DNA of 31,401 nucleotides from Candidatus Eiseniibacteriota bacterium (GTDB lineage Bacteria; Arandabacterota; Arandabacteria; Arandabacterales; Arandabacteraceae): NCBI GenBank assembly GCA_043810925.1, contig JBDRNT010000071.1, positions 1 to 31,401 of the forward strand, read 5' to 3'. Shown piece by piece: positions 6,894 to 14,431 of this stretch (position 1 is its first letter; each line of letters starts with the position of its first letter). The notes under the pieces were generated by a model. It saw only the letters and a program-made list of their open reading frames with translations, ran no database searches and was not told where the DNA came from. The position numbers and the translations under genes were made by a program.

Positions 6894-9176
6894 CTATCTC
6901 ACCAGCATGGCTTTCCGCGTGGCCGCAAACTTGCCGGCCTCAAATCTGAAGAAATAGATACCCGAAGGTAGCTCGCTGCCTGAATCACTGAGTCCGTTCC
7001 AAGTGATTGCATTCGGACCTTGAGAAAGCGTGCCCTCAAAGACCCGGGCAACACTTCTGCCGCGGATATCATAAGCCGTGATAGCGACTCTCGATTTCCG
7101 CGAAAGATCGAACACTATCTGGGTTGAGCCACCGAAGGGATTCGGGACATTGGTGATTCTCGCAATCGTGGTCTCCGCCCGAGGCGTTATACCTGCCTTC
7201 GGAGCAGTAGGCACACAGGTCTGCGTATCGCTGTCCCCGAACAGCCCGTTGTACTTGTTGTGAGACTGGTACCACCCGTGCGCATACCAGAACACGGAGT
7301 CACCGACTGCAAGTGAACCCGGTAGCTCCGCCTGGAACACGCCAACAGGTACGCTACAGTCCCCTGTCGGGGTATCCTCGTCTCTCACGTAGCCTCCGGG
7401 AATCTCGCAGACATACGTAGCCGTCTTCGGGTCGGCGCCCTTGGCAGCGTAGAACGTGATCTCGGAACCGTAACCTCTGGGCGAGATCGACGCCCTGACG
7501 ATCAGACTTTCAGGCACACACGTGAGGTTGCAGAGAATCGGACCGCTCGTCGTACCGGCAACACACGTCTGAATGGGACTGTCGCTATAGGCGTTGTTGC
7601 TGCCCCACGCATGCACATACCACTTGATGGTCTGCCCGACACTCGCCGTGAGATAGGCCGCAAACTTGCCGGTCGTGTCGGTATCCTCGACATGGTAACC
7701 CGACGCCTTGCTTGCGGTCCCGCTTGTCTTGGGATCACTGCCATCGGTCGTCCAGTGGAAGTCCATACCTGCGCCCAACCCCGGCGGTGCAACTTCACCC
7801 ATCACGAAATTGGAATCGGGCTCGCAGATGAGATTGAGGATCTCTGCAGTATCACCCTGGACAAAGGTGTAGAACGTGTCCGTTTCGGCATAGTTGTTGT
7901 ATGCGTCCTCACCGAAGGCATACCAGTTAACCGTAACACCCGGTGCGGGAGCAGTGAGCTCGGCATAGAACTTGTCATTGTTACCGAGCTGGGTATCAAA
8001 GACACCGTCAGCTGTATCGCCAGCGCTTACTCTCGGATCGCTCCCGTCCGTTGTATACGGGAAATTGATGTAAGTCGTCTGGCCGCCGTCACCGACATAG
8101 ACCTCAGCCCAAATCGTACACGTGGTCGGACTTGAACCCGCATTGCCGACCCAGGCGGTACCGCCCTGGACGAACTCCTGGATCTCATCACTCCAGTCCA
8201 CGAGCGCGTTCTTGGCAACACCCATGGCTATCCATCTCACCGTCGCCTCATCGGCGGCCGGGATGATGGCGTAGAACGTGTCCGTCGTGTCCGCCCCAAC
8301 GGTGCAGGCGTCGTAGGTCCCGACAACGAACGAGCTCATCTCGTCAGGATCGGAACCGTCGTCGGTGTAGTAGAATGCCATCTGCGTTGTGGAACCGCAG
8401 TTACCCGGCGTGATGTCGGCAAGCACCGTGCACGTGTAAGGGAAATCGCGTTCGTTATCAACCGACACCGTAGGTGGAGTAGGCTGGACCGGAAGCGTGA
8501 CCGGGGCGATACCCTTACCTCTGTTTTTCGCGACCCAGAAGTACTTCATCGGCTGAGACTTCGCACCGATCGGGTTTGCGGACGGAAACGAAGCAACGAT
8601 GGTGCTGTTGTCTTCGGTCGAGATCCAGGATGCCACCGCGATCGAATCTGCATCGACTATAGAAGTATCCTCAAGGCAGATCTCCGACGTAAAGTTGCCG
8701 TCCCAACCACCATAACTGCAGGTATCGGTCCATCCGAGCCAGTTCCAGGCGCTCAAGGACGTATCCCATACGCTTGCCTCGTGCCAGCCGCCGTCACCGG
8801 CGAAATAGAGAATGTACTCAGGCAGGAAGTCACCTTCAAAGGTCACGTGGGCATAGCCGTCACTCGTTGCACCTGAGCCCGGAGTCTGGTCGTAGTCGAG
8901 TGCGATGAACCAGTCGTAGTCGCCTTCCTGCTGATCGGCATAGGTTCCGGTGATCGCACAGTAGACGTGAGTGCTGTCCCAGGTCAGATAGAAATTGGTG
9001 CCGCCGTCGATGTCCATGAACTCATCAGTCTCCCACTCGGTGCCGCCCAGGACCGGTGTAGCGCTCTCCACGACGCCGTCATTCGGATTGGGAGTCGTGT
9101 AGGTCAGGGCCGAGGCCAATGCGGGGACGAGCATGAGGCACACGGCAAGTGCCAGACCCAACTTCAGTTGACTCAT
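6894..9176 (-). CDS. Secreted protein with N-terminal DOMON/carbohydrate-binding-like domain, four ~100-aa 'TDGSDP' repeats and C-terminal FlgD-Ig/T9SS type A sorting domain
   Basis: Signal peptide MSQLKLGLALAVCLMLVPALASA after SD GAGGAGGAG. Repeat cores YTDDGSDP, YTTDGSDP, WTTDGSDP, AAKGADP. CTD NVPNPFGGST..YDIRGRSV..WNGLSDSGSELPSGIYFFRF..TRKAMLVR. Confidence 0.85.
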   Translation of the reverse strand: MSQLKLGLALAVCLMLVPALASALTYTTPNPNDGVVESATPVLGGTEWETDEFMDIDGGTNFYLTWDSTHVYCAITGTYADQQEGDYDWFIALDYDQTPGSGATSDGYAHVTFEGDFLPEYILYFAGDGGWHEASVWDTSLSAWNWLGWTDTCSYGGWDGNFTSEICLEDTSIVDADSIAVASWISTEDNSTIVASFPSANPIGAKSQPMKYFWVAKNRGKGIAPVTLPVQPTPPTVSVDNERDFPYTCTVLADITPGNCGSTTQMAFYYTDDGSDPDEMSSFVVGTYDACTVGADTTDTFYAIIPAADEATVRWIAMGVAKNALVDWSDEIQEFVQGGTAWVGNAGSSPTTCTIWAEVYVGDGGQTTYINFPYTTDGSDPRVSAGDTADGVFDTQLGNNDKFYAELTAPAPGVTVNWYAFGEDAYNNYAETDTFYTFVQGDTAEILNLICEPDSNFVMGEVAPPGLGAGMDFHWTTDGSDPKTSGTASKASGYHVEDTDTTGKFAAYLTASVGQTIKWYVHAWGSNNAYSDSPIQTCVAGTTSGPILCNLTCVPESLIVRASISPRGYGSEITFYAAKGADPKTATYVCEIPGGYVRDEDTPTGDCSVPVGVFQAELPGSLAVGDSVFWYAHGWYQSHNKYNGLFGDSDTQTCVPTAPKAGITPRAETTIARITNVPNPFGGSTQIVFDLSRKSRVAITAYDIRGRSVARVFEGTLSQGPNAITWNGLSDSGSELPSGIYFFRFEAGKFAATRKAMLVR

Positions 9177-9216
9177 GTTCTCCTCCTCTCTCAAACTCAT
9201 ATCAGTCTTCGAAGAC

Positions 9217-9252
9217 AGGCCCCTACCCTTCCCACAAGAAGGGTAAGGGCCT
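9217..9252 (-). terminator. Strong intergenic hairpin (partial terminator or 3' stabiliser)
   Basis: 15-bp stem AGGCCCTTACCCTTC/GAAGGGTAGGGGCCT with one G.U on the minus strand and a 6-nt loop, 18 nt after the upstream stop. There is no U-tract. Confidence 0.6.
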
Positions 9253-9270
9253 CTATACGCAAAACCTTAC

Positions 9271-10050
9271 TTACCTGTAAAGAGCCTTGATACCACCCCA
9301 GCTCGATGCCGCGGTCGCGGTGAACTCTCCGCTCGTCGCACTGACGCTGTTCGGTGCAAAACCCGCAACGGGCATCGGACCCGGTACATGCGGGAAGAAG
9401 AACGGATACGCCCACATGAATGTCGGAAGCACACCGATGGGATTCTGAATCGGCCATGAGGCCAGAACGCCGGGGTCGGTGCCGAATGTGACGTCATCGG
9501 TTATCCACGCCATCACGGCTACACCCTGCGGCAATCCGAGGTCCGACCAGAGGACACCAAACTCATCATCCCACACGTCTCCGCCAGGCCAGGCATAGTA
9601 GGTGTTATCATTTCTCCAGCCGCGCCAATCCCACTCGGTACCGGTCCAGTAGCCCCACTCATACCAGCCACCACCACCGGCGAAGTAGAAGATGTACTCG
9701 GGCATGTAGCAGCCGTAGAAATTAACGTTGCCGTAGCCGTCCGCAGGTGCGCCCGAACCGAAGGTCTGATCCACGTCAATGGCCACAAAGAAACTCAGGT
9801 CCGCGGGAGGCCCCGCACCGTCACCAAGGAAACGCCTGCACGTATCCGAGTCCACCGAGAGCCACAGGAAGTCGGCATCCCATGTGATCGCCAACCCGTA
9901 GGGACAGCCGTCTATGAATACAACATCAAAGAACGACTCGGCGGGAAAGTCATTATAGCCGTCGAGCGTCGGGGTATAGAACGTCGTACCCAGAGCAGCT
10001 CCCGACCAAAGCAGAAACAGAGCAACCAGTCCTGCTGTAACCAACTTCAT
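9271..10050 (-). CDS. Secreted hypothetical protein (DOMON-like domain) with C-terminal SWGGIKALYR tail
   Basis: Signal peptide MKLVTAGLVALFLLWSGAALG after SD GAGGATGAGGAG. Homologous to the N-terminal domain of 6894..9176 (FVAIDVDQTFGSGA..DGY..V.F.G...PEYIFYFAGGGGW). Confidence 0.85.
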   Translation of the reverse strand: MKLVTAGLVALFLLWSGAALGTTFYTPTLDGYNDFPAESFFDVVFIDGCPYGLAITWDADFLWLSVDSDTCRRFLGDGAGPPADLSFFVAIDVDQTFGSGAPADGYGNVNFYGCYMPEYIFYFAGGGGWYEWGYWTGTEWDWRGWRNDNTYYAWPGGDVWDDEFGVLWSDLGLPQGVAVMAWITDDVTFGTDPGVLASWPIQNPIGVLPTFMWAYPFFFPHVPGPMPVAGFAPNSVSATSGEFTATAASSWGGIKALYR

Positions 10051-10179
10051 CTCCTCATCCTCCTCTCGCTCAACAGAGCGATCAACGTTTACGGTGATCC
10101 CGGGGCTGGCCGGCATCACCCCCTCTTCTTGAGATACCTCTAGTGTTCAAGAAGTCGCTGATTTCTCACACCTGGTTCT

Positions 10180-10208
10180 ATTATATAACAGAAAACAAGC
10201 AATGTCAA
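10180..10208 (-). promoter_or_regulatory. Consensus sigma-70 promoter
   Basis: TTGACA (10208-10203), 17-nt spacer, TATAAT (10185-10180): a perfect consensus. Confidence 0.85.
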
Positions 10209-10264
10209 TCAAGATCGTCCAGACCCGAACTCGCCCTTTCCCGCCGGTGGTAAGCCTCTCCCGG

Positions 10265-11236
10265 TCAGTCCCCGCGGGCCAGATCTGTCCTCAGAGCAAA
10301 TCTGTGGATGTTATCGAGAGGACTTGCATCCTCGAAGGTGTAATCGATCCAGAATCTTCCGAAGCCTATCCCGAACCCGGCCATGATACCGCGTTCCCAT
10401 GGCAAGCCGTTTGCCGAGTCGGAGAACTTGCCGACCCTTCTCCGGTAACCCAGTCTCACCTCAAACTCACTTGAGGGTCTGGCAGCGAGCCCGAACCGTA
10501 TCTCGCGTCTGCCACTGTCGCCCATGTAGACCGAGGTGCCCGCGGACAGGTCATTGCCCGGAAGTCTGAGCGCCAGACCCGCCTCGCAGTTGCTGGGAAT
10601 CTCGCCATCTTCATTCTGCCACCGGACGAGCACGAGGTTTCGTGTGACGAGGGACGCATAGACGGCAGGCCGCCGCTCTTTTGTGCCATCCAGGGGATAG
10701 ATCCTCACTGTGCTGCTCAGATCCGCAGCCACGCCTGAACCCGTGACATCGTCAAGTTCGTACCTGGCGAGCTTCAGCCCCGTTCCAACCGAGAGATAGG
10801 GAAGGAGCCTCACTCCACCCGATACGCCCAACACGAGGTCCCCGTACTTAAACGTGTCACCGCTTTGCCCAACCTGGTCATCCAGCCCGGTCTTAGCATA
10901 GGTGTCGCTTGAAAGATAAGAGCCCTGGATGCCATAACCAAACCTCTCCCCCACGCCCATGTAGGCTGCCGTTCCGCCACCAAGACTGACCAGGTAGTCC
11001 ATGTAGCCGGCCGCAAAGGCAGGGGAACCTGCAAATCCGAGGCCCGAGGAGTTCCATAGGATGTTGTCGATCTCACCCGCAGCGGCAACAAGACCGTGTG
11101 TCCCGCCACCGCGACCGAGAAGATCGATATTGAGCGTTGAAAACGGTGAGGCGGAAACGTGTGAAGAAACGCAAAGAGTGGCAAGGCAGAGAGTGATGAT
11201 CAAAAGGAGAACCTGTTTTGACGTGATGACGGCCAT
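10265..11236 (-). CDS. PorV/PorQ-family (UPF0164-like) outer-membrane beta-barrel protein
   Basis: Signal peptide, then an N-terminal plug-like segment (TLNIDLLGRGGG..GLVAAAGEIDNILWNSSGLG) resembling the 'L.I..GAR..AMG.A..A...D....WNPAGL' motif. Alternating amphipathic strands; C-terminal IDYTFEDASPLDNIHRFAL. Confidence 0.75.
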   Translation of the reverse strand: MAVITSKQVLLLIITLCLATLCVSSHVSASPFSTLNIDLLGRGGGTHGLVAAAGEIDNILWNSSGLGFAGSPAFAAGYMDYLVSLGGGTAAYMGVGERFGYGIQGSYLSSDTYAKTGLDDQVGQSGDTFKYGDLVLGVSGGVRLLPYLSVGTGLKLARYELDDVTGSGVAADLSSTVRIYPLDGTKERRPAVYASLVTRNLVLVRWQNEDGEIPSNCEAGLALRLPGNDLSAGTSVYMGDSGRREIRFGLAARPSSEFEVRLGYRRRVGKFSDSANGLPWERGIMAGFGIGFGRFWIDYTFEDASPLDNIHRFALRTDLARGD

Positions 11237-11283
11237 AATCACTCCCACCCAAATCGCCTACGCTACATATGCAATCCAACCTT

Positions 11284-11312
11284 ACTTTACTATGATGTCG
11301 CCCCCGCGTCAA
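11284..11312 (-). promoter_or_regulatory. Putative sigma-70 promoter of the PorV-like gene
   Basis: TTGACG (11312-11307), 17-nt spacer, TAAAGT (11289-11284). Confidence 0.6.
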
Positions 11313-11414
11313 TCCCACGGCCGGCGGGTCACCCAAGGGCAGGCGCAATTCTCTGGCTCCGGCGTCGAGGATAGAACCGTCGGGCCCGAAGACCTGAGAC
11401 TGCCGGTCAACAGC

Positions 11415-11628
11415 GGATTTGCGTGGATTCTGAGCTCTGACCCCAATGGGGACGCCATCGGGACTTGCGGACATTTTGAGCTCTGACCCCATCGGGACTT
11501 GCGGACATTTTGAGCTCTGACCCCAATGGGACTTGTGCATATTTCGAGCTCTGACCCCAATGGGACTTGCGCATATTTCGAGCTCTGACCCCAATGGGAC
11601 TTGCGCATATTTCGAGCTCTGACCCCAA
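11415..11628. repeat. Tandem array of six ~34-bp direct repeats (GGGACTTGCGCATATTTCGAGCTCTGACCCCAAT), REP-like
   Basis: The invariant core GAGCTCTGACCCC starts at 11432, 11478, 11512, 11546, 11580 and 11614 (period 34; first interval 46). There are no unique spacers. Confidence 0.95.
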
Positions 11629-11686
11629 GCGGGTCGTCCGGTTCGCAAAATGTCCGCTACGGCTCATGTTTCCATCATCTTTTGTA

Positions 11687-11715
11687 TTGACATTCGATAG
11701 GGCTTATGCTACAAT
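11687..11715 (+). promoter_or_regulatory. Sigma-70 promoter with extended -10 (cassette 1)
   Basis: TTGACA (11687-11692), 17-nt spacer, TGc-TACAAT (11710-11715). Confidence 0.8.
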
Positions 11716-11859
11716 GCTTGCGTTCAGAAGTGGTTCTCTGTTGTATGAATTAACACTGACGCTACTGACACTAAGGTGGTGATGCAGAAGGTCAGACAGT
11801 TGTTATAGAGTTTTGAGCGCGAGTTTGCTTTTTCATGAACAGACTAGGGAGGGTGGCGT

Positions 11860-12528
11860 ATGAAAAAAGGATTCCGTACGCTTTTTAGTGTGGGCGCGGT
11901 CTTACTCTTGACGCCGGTTGTTGTACTGAGCTGGAACTTCGACTACCAGATCTACGGGAACGTTCTTCAGAGCCCCGTGATGTACGATCATGGCGGGCTC
12001 TTGAGTGGTGGAGACGGCGTATTTCAATTCACCCTCGATGACACCGGGTGGCCTCTCGATCCGGCCGCCAGGTTCGATCACATCTGGGCAACCTACTTCG
12101 CGGGCAACTATGACGACGCAACACCAGGTGCACACAAGTGGGTGGGCCAGATTCCCGGCAGGTTCTACATCGAAGCAACCAATGCTCCGTATGGCTACAA
12201 TGGGTGGTGCGAAGGCAGCATCAACGCCAAGATCACCGTCAGGGACATCGATGAGGATGGAATACTCGACGACGTGGAGAAGTGGGCGGACCACCTCTTC
12301 GACGGCCGTCTCTCGAAGTTATGTGACTATCCCAACGGTGACGCGGCTTACGGTGAGATGCAGGACAAGTGGGGCTGGGGAGCTGTCGCCAGCAACTATT
12401 TCTCATTCAGGATGCCGCCTGCCCTCGATACCTTGAATAATGGGGGCAATCTGACGCTGATGTCGATAGGGTGTACGACGCCCAACTACCCGGCGTCGTG
12501 GAGTGCGGTCAAGGCGCTTTACAAGTAA
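11860..12528 (+). CDS. Secreted hypothetical protein A1 with C-terminal SWSAVKALYK tail
   Basis: SD AGGGAGG; signal peptide; DxDxDG-type loop DIDEDGILD; close paralog of 13655..14323. Confidence 0.88.
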   Translation: MKKGFRTLFSVGAVLLLTPVVVLSWNFDYQIYGNVLQSPVMYDHGGLLSGGDGVFQFTLDDTGWPLDPAARFDHIWATYFAGNYDDATPGAHKWVGQIPGRFYIEATNAPYGYNGWCEGSINAKITVRDIDEDGILDDVEKWADHLFDGRLSKLCDYPNGDAAYGEMQDKWGWGAVASNYFSFRMPPALDTLNNGGNLTLMSIGCTTPNYPASWSAVKALYK

Positions 12529-12644
12529 GCGAACTGATACATGCAAGATAACTTGTGAGCATGGACTCCTGAGGAAGGGGGTGATGCAAGCGACGAACCC
12601 TTGTGATTGAATCGAAACCTAACCGAAAATGGAGGTTTAAGCGG

Positions 12645-13289
12645 ATGAAGAGACTTCTGGTAGCAGTTGCTGCGACATTGCTGCTGGTCGGTGTCGCGAG
12701 GGCACAAGTTCATTTTGAGTTTCACTGTACAGGTACCGGCAACATGGTTCAGGATGAGCCTGTAGTCTACAGCGGTCAGATCGACGGTGGCGACCTGGCT
12801 CCCGGAACATGGTCGATGACCTTACCGGGGACCGGCGTATGGCCGGCGGTGGGTGGACCCACTGACCCCAACGGAAGATGGGATTATATTTATCTCAATT
12901 ACTATGTCTACGATCCGGGTCCCCAGACCTGGACAGGGTTCTTTGACAACTTCTGGCTAGTCCTTGGCAAGACCGGCCAGGGTACGATGCAGGGCACGTG
13001 TGATATGACCTATCAGATCATAGACATGGATGGAGACGGTGTTCTGGATCCTAACGAATGCATGGACGGGCTTTCGGGCGCCGTGATCATCATTCAGGAC
13101 GGAACCGGGATATACGTGAACCTTTGCGGAGACGGAACCTATGAGGGGTTCTATTTCCGTGACTGTGCCCTGGGAAGCGGGACATATATGATGGACCAGG
13201 TTGACTTCAATATGCAGCTGGATCTCGAGGACTGCGCTCTGGCCAACGAGCCTTCGACCTGGGGAGCGGTAAAGGCATTATTCGAATAG
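12645..13289 (+). CDS. Secreted hypothetical protein B1 with C-terminal TWGAVKALFE tail
   Basis: SD GGAGGT before the ATG at 12645; signal peptide MKRLLVAVAATLLLVGVARA; DMDGDGVLD loop; six Cys; close paralog of 14432..15061. Confidence 0.88.
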   Translation: MKRLLVAVAATLLLVGVARAQVHFEFHCTGTGNMVQDEPVVYSGQIDGGDLAPGTWSMTLPGTGVWPAVGGPTDPNGRWDYIYLNYYVYDPGPQTWTGFFDNFWLVLGKTGQGTMQGTCDMTYQIIDMDGDGVLDPNECMDGLSGAVIIIQDGTGIYVNLCGDGTYEGFYFRDCALGSGTYMMDQVDFNMQLDLEDCALANEPSTWGAVKALFE

Positions 13290-13510
13290 GACTTAGCACC
13301 GACTGACAGATGGAGCTGCGATAACGGTAGTGCGTACTTTGCCGTACCGGTGATGGTGTATATCTCACGGAGCGTGCTGTCGACATACGTATGACCGGCC
13401 TGACCGTCGGGTACCGACATATATCGGCACCACCTTTGTATCCGGCGGTCTCAGACGAGTGCCGGAAGAATACACATCTGCCCACAGTTCCATAGACAAT
13501 GCGAATTCAA

Positions 13511-13539
13511 TTGACATAACGTACGAGTTATGCTAAAAT
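13511..13539 (+). promoter_or_regulatory. Sigma-70 promoter with extended -10 (cassette 2)
   Basis: TTGACA (13511-13516), 17-nt spacer, TGc-TAAAAT (13534-13539). Shares TTATGCTAnAAT with the cassette 1 promoter. Confidence 0.8.
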
Positions 13540-13654
13540 TGGCTTGGTTTGGTTGGAAGATTGGGAAGGTGGTGATGTACACAAAAGGTTGATTGCTACA
13601 GGAACACGGGCGCGAGACCAAATTCCAATTTGAGGGAGACAAAGGAGAAGGTTT

Positions 13655-14323
13655 ATGACCAAAGGATATTATACCCTGATAGTCTCTGGAGTGATTTTGC
13701 TGCTCATGCCCACAGTCCTTCTGGGATGGAACTTCGACTACATGCTTTTCAGTCAGCCGGGCGGGATCGTAAACAGCGCTGCCGTCTACGAAGGGACCAT
13801 CACAAGCGGCGGTGTGGGTACGTTTCGCATTACCCTGAATGACACCGGTTGGCCGGTAGATCCCGTACTGAGGTTCAATCATATTTGGACGACCTATTTC
13901 GCAGCCAACTGGGACAGTGCAGGCGGGCAGGCCAAGTGGGTCGGTCAGATTCCCGGTAGGTTCTATATCAACGCAACGTCAGCTCCCATTGGATACAACG
14001 GATGGTGTGAGGGAAGCATAAACGCCAAGATCACGGTGAGAGATCTCAACAAGAACCAGATTCTCGACGCCGCGGAGCTGGCCAAGCAGCACCTCTTCGA
14101 CGGCCGCCTCTCGAAGCTATGTGACTACCCCGACGGCGATCCGGCCGGCGGTGAGATGGCAGACAAGTGGGGTTGGGGAGCGGTTGCGAGCAACTACTTC
14201 TCTTTTGAGGCGACGCCGGTAGATACGATCTACAATGGCACCAACTTGACCCTTACGACAATGGGATGCGTGTCGGACGTCGAGCCTACAACCTGGGGTT
14301 CTGTGAAATCGCTTTATAGATAA
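13655..14323 (+). CDS. Secreted hypothetical protein A2 with C-terminal TWGSVKSLYR tail
   Basis: SD AAGGAG; signal peptide; shares KWVGQIPGRFYI, GYNGWCEGSINAKITVRD, HLFDGRLSKLCDYP and DKWGWGAVASNYFSF with A1. Confidence 0.88.
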   Translation: MTKGYYTLIVSGVILLLMPTVLLGWNFDYMLFSQPGGIVNSAAVYEGTITSGGVGTFRITLNDTGWPVDPVLRFNHIWTTYFAANWDSAGGQAKWVGQIPGRFYINATSAPIGYNGWCEGSINAKITVRDLNKNQILDAAELAKQHLFDGRLSKLCDYPDGDPAGGEMADKWGWGAVASNYFSFEATPVDTIYNGTNLTLTTMGCVSDVEPTTWGSVKSLYR

Positions 14324-14431
14324 TGTAGAGACAAAGATTCTTTTGTGGAAGGGGGGATGCGACCAGCAGACAATTGTGCCTGTCATGTTTTAGACCCTGA
14401 ACCATGGAAGCGTTTTAGTGGAGGTAAGAAG

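Noticed and set aside
11415-11628. CRISPR array
   Set aside because: The units are contiguous 34-bp tandem repeats. The variable ~11 nt are near-identical between units rather than unique spacers, and there are no cas genes in the window.
11073-11667. Repeat-peptide ORFs (WGQSSKYAQVPLGSELEICASP...) as RiPP-like precursors
   Set aside because: The same peptide appears in all three minus-strand frames simply because the 34-bp period is not a multiple of 3. There is no SD, no maturation enzyme nearby, and the longest ORF overlaps the PorV-like gene.
11810-11832. Sigma-54 -24/-12 promoter (GAGCGCGAGTTTGCT) upstream of A1
   Set aside because: It lacks the invariant GG and the correct spacing; a strong sigma-70 promoter already explains expression.
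13290-13510. Possible ncRNA or small gene between the two cassettes
   Set aside because: I see no recognisable RNA family, strong stem-loop or SD-led ORF; only weak short inverted repeats.
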